Positions 38,013-46,699 are shown, counted from the first letter of the stretch. The stretch: 64,000 bases of DNA from Candidatus Parcubacteria bacterium (GCA_963806325.1 CAWDXL010000016.1:68043-132042), one strand, 5' to 3'. Notes: generated from the sequence alone by a model not told the origin. Translations and numbers: made by a program.

Positions 38013-38489
38013 ATGGAAGCCAAATCTCAGAAAAAAATTGTTTACATTGATATGGATAACGTCTTAGTTGATTTTCCATCAGCTTTTTCTAAGATAGATA
38101 AAACCATATTTGAACAGTACGAGGATAAAGATGATATTCCTGGAATTTTCAAATTAATGGAACCGCTGAAAGGTGCACTCGAATCGTTTGCAACACTCTC
38201 TGAAAAGTTCGATGTATATATCTTGTCTACCGCCCCATGGAATAACCCGTCTGCATGGTCGGACAAGCTTGAGTGGATAAAGAAATATTTAGGTGAAGAT
38301 GCACGCAAAAGATTGATATTGACTCATCATAAAAATCTGAATAAAGGCGATTACCTGATTGACGATAGGACAAAAAACGGAGCATCTGAATTTGAGGGTG
38401 AGCACATACATTTCGGAACTGAAAAATTCCCAGACTGGAATAGTATCGTTGAGTATTTGTTAAAAACACGTAATAAGGCTGAGGTATAG
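38013..38489 (+). CDS. 5'(3')-deoxyribonucleotidase (NT5C-type HAD phosphatase)
   Basis: IVYIDMDNVLVDF is the DxDxV nucleophile motif. This is followed by YILSTAP and DYLIDDR. Confidence 0.75.
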   Translation: MEAKSQKKIVYIDMDNVLVDFPSAFSKIDKTIFEQYEDKDDIPGIFKLMEPLKGALESFATLSEKFDVYILSTAPWNNPSAWSDKLEWIKKYLGEDARKRLILTHHKNLNKGDYLIDDRTKNGASEFEGEHIHFGTEKFPDWNSIVEYLLKTRNKAEV

Positions 38490-38732
38490 TTTTAGACTAT
38501 TTCTCAAAAAGCAGAGTTAACTTAGCGTAGAACCTTACGCTTGAATCCATATGACTGCTGTGGCTAGATATGGGTACTGTTTTTGATGCAGCATAGCTCT
38601 TGTTAAATTCAACTAACATACAAGCGTTTTACGGATTCTTATAATTCCTTCTAAGTAATGAATGTTTAACTCATCCTATAGAACCCTTAATTAGCAATGT
38701 AAAATAGAGTTTCTTCTAATTTCTCCTAACAT

Positions 38733-40160
38733 TTAGAAGTTGGCTTCGTAATAACTCTTTCTTGATTCACCAACTAAATGTAACAAACTCATCTCCTGCA
38801 TTTTCTTTAAATCATAGTTAATAGTCTGTCGAGGCACATCAGGCATTATCCTCTCACATTCTTTAGCAGTGATTCTTTTATTCTCTACAAGGTAGTTCCA
38901 AATCTTCACTTGTCTTTCATTAAGCTTGCTTAATTCTTGTCCCATCAATACAACCCGAAAACTATTTGATGTGTTTTTAAAAATAGGAGGAAGGAGCTTC
39001 CACTCTTTCATTGTTGTAAAAACAATATCAATACCTCTACCGTATTCCTCTAAATAATCAAGCTCTTTTAATCGTGCGGCAATAATCTCATTTCTGCTTA
39101 CTTGAGCATCTTTTATATTTTCAACAGTAACACCTGGTGGTAGAGAGCCTGGATTAAAAATTTCAATTCTATCTTCAAATAAGTTTACTTGCGTATACGT
39201 TTCAGTGATTTTGTAATCGCGGTGAATAATTGCATTGGCCACAAGCTCACGTGTGGCTTTTTCTGGATACTCGTATCTTTCTTCACGCTTGGTTCCAACA
39301 ATCTTTGCACTTTTCTTGATGTTTCTAAGGATAAATTTCTGAATGTCATCAATCTGGGTATCCAAAGTGCCGTCAATATCAGTGCTATCAATAATATCTG
39401 AAGCGACATTTGAACCCTTATACTTCACACATCTCACGACATATCGGCTGAAATTCTGCTTATTCTGAGGTCGTTCTTTTGAGAATATGAGGTAGCCGGC
39501 AACTGTAGGGAACTTTGCACCATTAAACTCATCTGCGATACCAAGATTTTTTAAAAGCTCGAAATTTATATCACTTAGAGAAACATCACGTTTTGCTCTT
39601 TGACCACTCTTTACAAGCAAATCAAGAATTTTTTCTTTAGATAAGTCTTCAAGTGCAGTTCCTTCTGCTTGCTGAGTATCGAACTTTAACTTTTTTGAAT
39701 TTTCAATAAGCTGTCGCATCTCTTCATCAGTCATTTTCCTGTCGGTGTTGCCGTCGCGAATACAAGCTCCATTAGGCATACCCGCTGGCTTATAGTAGCA
39801 GGGTTTAAATTGGTCAGGGCATTCAGGAATATAAACGGTAAGAATATTTTTCCCCTCAATTTCTAAAATATGATAGTCGGGACGTATGGTAGTACTCATC
39901 TCATTGCTCGTGAGGTCGCTCATCTTTTCTTGTAGAATAGACAAATTATCAACTCCTAAAATCTCTACGGTCTTGCTATCTCTCTTCTCAATAATGCCGA
40001 ACACGATGATGCCTCCACCTGGTCTGTGGGAGAAAGAAGACACCGTTTCCCACATCTTTCTGGGTAAGCCACCTCTGCCGTCCTTAAATTCAATCCCAGG
40101 AGTTTCAGACGCATATTTTATGGCCTCCTCAACAAGTTTTTTGATTTCTCTCTTGTCCAT
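38733..40160 (-). CDS. AlbA_2 (Schlafen-like) + HATPase_c_4 + C-terminal wHTH protein
   Basis: ETPGIEFKDG...SSFSHRPGGGIIVFGI is the AlbA_2 part, TRELVANAIIHRDY the HATPase_c_4 part, and the C-terminus is HTH-like. Confidence 0.8.
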   Translation of the reverse strand: MDKREIKKLVEEAIKYASETPGIEFKDGRGGLPRKMWETVSSFSHRPGGGIIVFGIIEKRDSKTVEILGVDNLSILQEKMSDLTSNEMSTTIRPDYHILEIEGKNILTVYIPECPDQFKPCYYKPAGMPNGACIRDGNTDRKMTDEEMRQLIENSKKLKFDTQQAEGTALEDLSKEKILDLLVKSGQRAKRDVSLSDINFELLKNLGIADEFNGAKFPTVAGYLIFSKERPQNKQNFSRYVVRCVKYKGSNVASDIIDSTDIDGTLDTQIDDIQKFILRNIKKSAKIVGTKREERYEYPEKATRELVANAIIHRDYKITETYTQVNLFEDRIEIFNPGSLPPGVTVENIKDAQVSRNEIIAARLKELDYLEEYGRGIDIVFTTMKEWKLLPPIFKNTSNSFRVVLMGQELSKLNERQVKIWNYLVENKRITAKECERIMPDVPRQTINYDLKKMQEMSLLHLVGESRKSYYEANF

Positions 40161-40291
40161 GAACTACTATCTTATCACTTTCTGAGAATAGCAAGAAATA
40201 CACATGAGAGTATGAGGGCAGAAAGTCATGAAGGCATTGTCAGGGGAGGGATAGATTTACATTTCCAAGAATTTGAGCTAGCTTTTAGTAC

Positions 40292-40630
40292 ATGAAGCCA
40301 ATCAATCGCTCCATCGTCCTCATACGACCCAAGCGAATGTTTATCAAATGGGCAAACTCAGTATCCAACATTGATGGAGAACTTACGCCTGAGTACTATC
40401 AAAGCCATGCTTCTGCTGTATTGATACCCCCATGCTTCTTTGAGAAAGACCTACGAGCCTATATCAATACAATCTGGGAAGACATCTTCAAACACGAACT
40501 CTCAATCAGGAATACTGATGAATCATTGTGGCCGCAAGGTAGGACTCAAAAAATGTTCTGGCAGTGGTTTGATGTAGAGCTTCGCCCCACAGTTGTTGAC
40601 TCATGCACCGAACCTTTCAAGAAAGAATAA
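40292..40630 (+). CDS. Hypothetical protein
   Basis: 112 aa with an ATG start. No motif was recognised. Confidence 0.4.
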   Translation: MKPINRSIVLIRPKRMFIKWANSVSNIDGELTPEYYQSHASAVLIPPCFFEKDLRAYINTIWEDIFKHELSIRNTDESLWPQGRTQKMFWQWFDVELRPTVVDSCTEPFKKE

Positions 40631-40636
40631 AATAAA

Positions 40637-41371
40637 ATGAAATGGTCTGCATTTATCTTAAATATTCCTTGGACATTAATAGGTCTGATTGTTGTTGTTA
40701 TTTCGATTCCAAAGAGACTTAGCTTTAATAAAGAACATCTAGCATTTGTTTTTGAAGTAAAAAGCTTCTGGTGGTATACATGGCTTCCAAATAAAAAAGG
40801 AACAAGAGCAATGGCTGTGGGACATGTTGTCCTGTTAGGAGAGAATATTTTAAGAAATGATTTAGAACATGAACTGGCTCATGTAGAACAAAGTATTAGG
40901 CAACCTTTTATTCATCCATTTTTAACTTTGTATCATAGTTGGAGGTATGGTTATATCAATAGCAAATATGAAGTAGAAGCATATGGTAAAACAGGAAGTA
41001 TATATGTATCACATGAATTTAATTTTGGAGATGACAAAGAACTGGTAGTTAAGTTAAAAAATCTAGTTTTAGAAGGAAAAAAAATAGCTACCACAGGCTT
41101 ATATAAGGAAGGTCAGGTAATCCCTAAAGTTGGAGAATATGGAGCAATTGTAGATGGTAATAAAAAGCGTTTCTGCATAGTTCAATATACGAGTACAGAG
41201 GTAAAACCATTTCTTGAAGTTGGATTTGATTATATTAAAAAAGAAGGTGAGGGAGATAGAAATGTAGAAGAATGGAGAGAAAAACATCGAAAATTCTTTT
41301 CTCACAATTCTTCATTTAACGATAAATCTTTAGTTGTCTGTGAGGAGTTTAAATTGACTGATATACTTTAG
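40637..41371 (+). CDS. Membrane-anchored HExxH (zincin-like) domain fused to an ASCH domain
   Basis: An N-terminal TM helix, HELAHVEQ, then an ASCH pattern: LEGKKIATTGLY...PKVGEYGAIVDGNKKRFCIVQYTSTEVKPF...EGEGDRNVEEWREKHRKFF. Confidence 0.55.
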   Translation: MKWSAFILNIPWTLIGLIVVVISIPKRLSFNKEHLAFVFEVKSFWWYTWLPNKKGTRAMAVGHVVLLGENILRNDLEHELAHVEQSIRQPFIHPFLTLYHSWRYGYINSKYEVEAYGKTGSIYVSHEFNFGDDKELVVKLKNLVLEGKKIATTGLYKEGQVIPKVGEYGAIVDGNKKRFCIVQYTSTEVKPFLEVGFDYIKKEGEGDRNVEEWREKHRKFFSHNSSFNDKSLVVCEEFKLTDIL

Positions 41372-41373
41372 AT

Positions 41374-42171
41374 ATGGAAAAACTATCATCAGACCAGAAT
41401 AACGAAACTCCGTTTGGCGATAATTTGGTTGAAAGCGGAATATCCGAAGTTCATAAAGGCAGAGGCAAACTTTTTGAATTTGAGCATAATCTTGATAAGG
41501 TGGTGCGTGTTGAAAGTTTTGATGCTTTGGAAAAAAGGTATAAAGGTCAAGTTGACCCAATCACAGTGGCTGGTTTTGGTAAGAAACTTTATGGAGAATT
41601 AGAAAGCGATTATGGTATCACAGCTCCTGTAGAATTTGTTGTCGGTAAAGATGTTCGAGGAAGGAATGTCGTTTATGGCATTACTGATAAAATTGAAGGA
41701 GAGAATTTAGATAAAATAAAAGTTACTTCTGAAATTACTGAAGAGGTGGAAAAACTATATGCAAAAATTGCTCAGTATTACTTAGACAAATTATCAAAAG
41801 ATGAAATGTACCTTGCGGATATAAATAATGCTAGCCAGTATGTGTTTGGAAAGCGAAAGAGTGATGAATTGGCAAAAATATATCTAATTGATACTGATTT
41901 ATATATTCGTGATGGCAAAGTGGCGTTGTACAACATTGTTTTGTGGCTCGTCCGTCATATGAGTTCTGTTGAAAGAAAATATAACAAAAAATTCAATCAA
42001 GCTAGAAACATTATCGGACAACTATTGCATGAGCCGGTGCCGCAAAGCGTAAATGAAAAAGGAAAGATTGTTGCAGAAGAAATTATCACAAAAGCGTTAG
42101 GGTATATCAGTGGTGAAATTCCTGAGGATGATGATGACGCTCATCCTATTTTTTCAAATTTGGAGGGCTAA
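41374..42171 (+). CDS. Hypothetical protein, possibly a protein-kinase-like/APH fold
   Basis: ITDKIEGENL, YLADINNASQYVF and IYLIDTDLY loosely resemble the hinge, catalytic loop and DFG region. The match is weak. Confidence 0.35.
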   Translation: MEKLSSDQNNETPFGDNLVESGISEVHKGRGKLFEFEHNLDKVVRVESFDALEKRYKGQVDPITVAGFGKKLYGELESDYGITAPVEFVVGKDVRGRNVVYGITDKIEGENLDKIKVTSEITEEVEKLYAKIAQYYLDKLSKDEMYLADINNASQYVFGKRKSDELAKIYLIDTDLYIRDGKVALYNIVLWLVRHMSSVERKYNKKFNQARNIIGQLLHEPVPQSVNEKGKIVAEEIITKALGYISGEIPEDDDDAHPIFSNLEG

Positions 42172-42218
42172 TAAAGTCATGGCAGTATGCAAACTGCTTC
42201 TTTTTAGGAAAATAGGCA

Positions 42219-42806
42219 TTAAAATTCAACTGCTTCTTTTTGAGCTACAACCTTCAAAAAACGAATCTGCATAAGGATTTTATCCATAAACGAGCCATCC
42301 TTTAATGCCTCACTAATATTATTATGGTAGCGACCCAACTTAGGTCTTATTATAACTTCTGAATCCGCCTTTGTTTTAAGGGTTTTTATCAAATATGGAT
42401 TTTTGTAATCAACGACTTTGAGACGCATTAATTCTTCAAAAAGAGGGGAGTAATGAAATTTTATTATAACTCCATCTTTGACCTCAAAACTATTAAAAAA
42501 GAAATCAATAAAGCGCTTCTGAAGTTTTTCTGGTGCTTGTATGTAAGTGTTATAAACATCTTTAGTAAAGCTAAGGATCTCACTCACAATTTCAGTGTTT
42601 GTTTCTTTGGTTTTCTGCAGTTTATTGATTTGAATGTCGATATTGCCGACCGCGACGTCAATCTCCTCTTTAATACGCGTATAATCGCTTCTAGACAGAG
42701 TTTCATCGAGTAAACGATCCTCAGCCGTCTTAAGTTTTGCTTCCCAAGCATTCTTTCGGTTCAGAAGACCTCTGTGTCTGGTGTGGTATTGGGTCCGTGC
42801 GTCAGC
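42219..42806 (-). pseudogene. Truncated large serine recombinase (C-terminal ~195 codons only)
   Basis: The frame is open from 42806. NRKNAWEAKLKTAEDRL and FFFNSFEVKDGVIIKFHYSPLFEELM parallel MRTAWEAKRKTIEDKI and FFWEKFEVQDGQLIKAHSTPFFQMLI of the 22824-24203 recombinase. No catalytic or recombinase domain lies upstream. Confidence 0.75.
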
Positions 42807-43250
42807 TTAGGGCAACACAAGCGGCTTATATGGTTATTTTGCGAAACAAAAATATACCTAATCAAAACTGGGAGCCCTGGTTAGCTGAACAAAAGACTTT
42901 TACACCTCCTCGCTACGCTTATATTTCCAGAGATAAGCTTATAAAAATGTACGGTTCCTCAGCTAGAACCGCAGAGATTACGGAGTAGTTATTTAAAGGA
43001 GGATTAATCACAGGCACTCCATAAGTTGTTTGTTAGAGAGATAGGCTGATAATGGGAATTTTTAGGATGATTGCCAATCATACATCTAAATAACATTTTG
43101 AATATAGACAGTAGCGTCATTTTTCCTCTCAAAAATAGTTCTAACATCCTCTACGACGGCACCCCTTGTAGTTCTAATTAGGAGGTTGTTCGAAAGTGTT
43201 TGTAGGAACATAATGAATAGAAGTAATTTAACAGTCTAATTTTTTATTAT

Positions 43251-43424
43251 ATGCACGCACTCACTGGATTCTTCGTCGGTATCACAATTGCTTTGGTTGT
43301 AGTGTTATGCATCACCTTTTTTATCGATGGTGGTGTTAAATTCAATAGCACCGTTATATTTGTTGCCGGTTTCGTGATAGGCATGCTTACTCTCTATATC
43401 AAAATAAAAATACTTGGTTTTTAA
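43251..43424 (+). CDS. Small two-TM membrane protein (57 aa, below the ORF-track cutoff)
   Basis: ATG to TAA encoding MHALTGFFVGITIALVVVLCITFFIDGGVKFNSTVIFVAGFVIGMLTLYIKIKILGF. Confidence 0.35.
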   Translation: MHALTGFFVGITIALVVVLCITFFIDGGVKFNSTVIFVAGFVIGMLTLYIKIKILGF

Positions 43425-43543
43425 TTAGATCATCTTGTGATTAGGAGGGTGGCTGTTGCTATAAGGCAGAATGACAAGTGTCCCGAATTTGATATGCTTA
43501 TGTCAAAGTCGGGCAGATCTCGTTATTAACCAATATAAATTAT

Positions 43544-43924
43544 ATGAATATAACTATTGTTCTCGCACAAATGTTGGGAATTGTTTTGACGGTGATAGGC
43601 TTGTCGATACTTATCAGTAGAAAAGGTGTCATGGCGACTCTTGAAGAAGCTACAAATAACCGTGGTTTTTTGTGGTTTTATGGACTTTTCGCTCTCATGC
43701 TGGGTGCTGTGATTATTGCACTTAATAATGTATGGAGTTCTGGCGGTTTACAGCTTACTGTTACGATTATAGGGTGGTTGGCTCTATTGAAAGGGGTATA
43801 TATATTAATTTTCCCAAATTTTGCAGCTTCTCTTTACAGAAAGTGCAACAAGAGCAGCATCATGCTTCTCGCCGGATTTGTTGTATTGATTGTCGGTGTA
43901 ATTTTATTGTTTGTCGCATTTTAA
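43544..43924 (+). CDS. Hypothetical integral membrane protein
   Basis: 126 aa with four hydrophobic helices. Confidence 0.55.
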   Translation: MNITIVLAQMLGIVLTVIGLSILISRKGVMATLEEATNNRGFLWFYGLFALMLGAVIIALNNVWSSGGLQLTVTIIGWLALLKGVYILIFPNFAASLYRKCNKSSIMLLAGFVVLIVGVILLFVAF

Positions 43925-44215
43925 TTACGCTTTTTAATCACGCTCTTCACTGAGGGAATATAGGGGGAAAAATAAGAAGGGGATAAGTCAATTCTTATTG
44001 TCTTTATTTTGCTATACTTGAGTCGTGTAAAACTGACTGAAGGTTTTTATTATTTTATGGAAAATATGGTAACTAAAAATTATCAAGTATGATTACTCCC
44101 GATTCTTATAGCTTTTATCAAAAGTGGTCTTGCCCAAGGGAAGACAAAACAAGACATTAGCAATACGCTCGTATCCCAGGGTGGCTGGTCTGCTGCCGAT
44201 GTTAATGAGGCATTC

Positions 44216-45466
44216 ATGTCGGTGGAAGGAAGTAATAATGTGCCGGCTCCTACCGCAACCACCCGGCCTACCGATAAACCTTCAACTGCAGCATCTGTAT
44301 TGTCCCCATTGCCTGCGACATCAATCAAAGCCATGCAAGGATTGGCATCTTTTACTTCAATGCCTTCATCTTCGCTGCAGAATATAGTCTATGCTGGATT
44401 TTGGAACCGATTGCTCGCGATGATACTCGATGGTTTTATTTTGTCTGTAAGTGCTGTAATTATCGCTCTGGTAACTGCTGTCTTTTTTCATAATAAAACT
44501 GTGATCGAAGGTGTGGGATTGCTGATATTTATTGTTTCCATAATCTATTATATTGAAATGGAAGCATCTTCCTATCAAGCGACAATTGGAAAATTATTGA
44601 TGGGGATTAAAGTTGTTGATCTGACCGGCAATAAGATTTCTGTAGGCAGATCGGCAGGCCGCTTCTTCTCAAAGTATATTTCCAGCATATTCCTTATCGG
44701 CTTTCTCATGCAGCCTTTTACTAAAAAAAAGCAGGCTCTGCATGACATGATTGCTGGCACGCTTGTTATTAAAACGCAGAAGGCGAGCGCCGGCAAAATC
44801 ATTATGATTTTTATAGGCTGTCTTCTTGCTATGGTAATCTGTGCTGTTGTGTTTTTCACCTATGTGTTTGCAGCTTTTTCTTCTTTTGGATTATCATCGG
44901 TACGTCAAATTACAGCTTCTATTCCGCAACATCTGGCCACCTCAACAGTTTCGCAGACGGCTCAGAATGCTGCCAGCACATCAATGGCTACTTCAACCGG
45001 AAAAATGCCCGCAAGCTTCTCTTGTCTCAATGTACAAAGTGTAAAATACAGCAGTCCAATCGCTAAAAATAATAGTTTCTTTATTGGCTGGGGTAATAGT
45101 TTTATTGATCCAAAAACATCTGGAGATTATGGGAAAATCACAAGTGTTGCCTGGGTTCCGTTGGCAGCAAAAGTTGGTACTAATACCAATCTCGTGCCCC
45201 TCACTATAACGCCTTTCACTCAGCCAAACAGCAGCCCTATTGGTACACTGTCAAATTATAGAAATGGAATCATGTCGGTTGTATGTACTGATGGTAAAAA
45301 AGTAAGTGCATATATTCCTGATTTTGTGTATAAGCAGACGAGTGTAAAGAGCTCAGAATACATCAACAACAAAGGCATGAGTTTTAACATATTGTATGTA
45401 GCAGCTGATGGTTCGACGTACTATGATGCTGCAATGACAAAACTCGCACGCTCGGCTTCAAATTAA
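44216..45466 (+). CDS. RDD-family membrane protein; conserved N-terminal module encoded upstream (44093-44215) without an in-frame canonical start
   Basis: The RDD motif is YAGFWNRLLAMILDGFI. The same frame is open from 44093 and encodes ...IKSGLAQGKTKQDISNTLVSQGGWSAADVNEAF. Confidence 0.75.
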   Translation: MSVEGSNNVPAPTATTRPTDKPSTAASVLSPLPATSIKAMQGLASFTSMPSSSLQNIVYAGFWNRLLAMILDGFILSVSAVIIALVTAVFFHNKTVIEGVGLLIFIVSIIYYIEMEASSYQATIGKLLMGIKVVDLTGNKISVGRSAGRFFSKYISSIFLIGFLMQPFTKKKQALHDMIAGTLVIKTQKASAGKIIMIFIGCLLAMVICAVVFFTYVFAAFSSFGLSSVRQITASIPQHLATSTVSQTAQNAASTSMATSTGKMPASFSCLNVQSVKYSSPIAKNNSFFIGWGNSFIDPKTSGDYGKITSVAWVPLAAKVGTNTNLVPLTITPFTQPNSSPIGTLSNYRNGIMSVVCTDGKKVSAYIPDFVYKQTSVKSSEYINNKGMSFNILYVAADGSTYYDAAMTKLARSASN

Positions 45467-45604
45467 AATAAAAAATGATCTGCTGTTTAGAGCGGTAGCT
45501 AAAGATCATGACTCATCTTGACGGCGATTCTCAAAAGGCATAAGCTCTTGCTTAGACAGCCTGCGCATGAATGCGTAGGTAAAAATTTACGAAGGGAGTT
45601 TCAC

Positions 45605-45913
45605 ATGTTGACGCAGGAAATGGAAAAACGTATCAAGAATTTGACTCGCGGCCAGCCCGATCTCCTGCGGCAGCTAGAGGAGTCAATAAGGAGACATGGT
45701 TCAGGTCGAATGGATCCCTTTCTGCAGGGACTGGAGGCCATGGATCACGGCGATATTGACGCGGATCTCGATCTCGGAAGACTTTTTGAAGAATTCAAAA
45801 ATTCTGAGGGGGGCACGCCGAGCTTCGACCTGTTTTTCCAGACAGTAGCCGGCATACGGCGGAAATTTGAGTCTTCCACAAAGAAGATAGAGAGAATCGG
45901 CGCCGCTGTGTGA
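45605..45913 (+). CDS. Hypothetical protein
   Basis: The ATG at 45605 lies 6 nt after GGGAG. It encodes a 102-aa acidic helical protein. Confidence 0.45.
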   Translation: MLTQEMEKRIKNLTRGQPDLLRQLEESIRRHGSGRMDPFLQGLEAMDHGDIDADLDLGRLFEEFKNSEGGTPSFDLFFQTVAGIRRKFESSTKKIERIGAAV

Positions 45914-46038
45914 GAGGATGTTCTGTAAAAAGTACCAAAACTCTGTCCTTGTTGGGCAGAGTTTTATTATATAACTTAATCATTAGGTGTGTGCAGAAGT
46001 GGAAAGATTTTGCGGCGTGCAGTATAATCGGACATATT

Positions 46039-46593
46039 ATGTCTCTGTATACTGGAAAGGGGGATGGCGGTACCACAAAAACATTTGGCTGTAATCAGCG
46101 TATTTCTAAAAGTTCAGCAATTACCGAGGCGCTCGGCTCTCTCGATGAAATCAATTCTTTCTTGGGCATATGCAAAGTGAAGGCAAAAGAATCTGGTTTT
46201 CTGCTCGGTGAAAAATCTTTTGCGTCAATTGTGGGAGATTTACAGCAGTCACTTTTTTTAATTCAGGCTGAAATGGCTGGATCGACAATGACAACAGCTC
46301 AGGAAAAAGTCGCCTGGGCAAGTGCTCTGGTAGATGCAGGAGAAAAAGAATTGCCGCCGATTACGACATTTTTTGTGTCAGGCGGCACCGAGCTCGCAGC
46401 CATCTTTGATGTATCTCGTACACTGGCTCGTCGGGCAGAACGGCGCGTGGTGGGGGTGGCTGAAGAAGGGAAAATTGTTGTTGGTCCTCACACGCTTGCA
46501 TTCTTAAACAGACTTTCAAGTGTATTGTACGTGCTGGCTCGTCTTAGCAATCACAAGTCGGGAATTATAGAAGAGAAGCCGACATATAAATAA
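46039..46593 (+). CDS. PduO-type ATP:cob(I)alamin adenosyltransferase
   Basis: MSLYTGKGDGGTTK...ITEALGSLDEINSFLG...RTLARRAERR is the classic PduO/MMAB pattern. TATAAT lies at 46023-46028. Confidence 0.85.
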   Translation: MSLYTGKGDGGTTKTFGCNQRISKSSAITEALGSLDEINSFLGICKVKAKESGFLLGEKSFASIVGDLQQSLFLIQAEMAGSTMTTAQEKVAWASALVDAGEKELPPITTFFVSGGTELAAIFDVSRTLARRAERRVVGVAEEGKIVVGPHTLAFLNRLSSVLYVLARLSNHKSGIIEEKPTYK

Positions 46594-46699
46594 AACTAAA
46601 AACTAAAAAAGAGATTAACTTTGTTGTGATTAGAAATGGAAGGAGTACTATTAATACAGAAACTGATCTGTAGCAAAAAATTATAAACAGGAGGTTGGT

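Larger units (their letters stand above)
22854..43160. mobile_element. AT-rich integrative element (serine-recombinase type) adjacent to tRNA-His; right boundary approximate (+/- ~400 nt)
   Basis: The recombinase ORF abuts and overlaps tRNA-His. The element then has a replication-type module, a non-coding hub, a cargo of nuclease/helicase genes and a truncated second recombinase at 42219-42806. There is a visible composition drop: spot counts give 17/60 GC at 30421-30480 versus 32/60 at 10381-10440. Confidence 0.65.

Noticed and set aside
42737-42988. 83-aa plus-strand ORF at the right end of the element
   Set aside because: Its 5' part is antisense to the recombinase remnant, it has a TTG start without an SD, and it has no recognisable motif. 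It was kept out of the feature list.
43158-43164. GGCACCC match to the tRNA-His 3' end as a possible attR core
   Set aside because: Seven nucleotides is too short to distinguish from chance. The right boundary of the element remains undefined.
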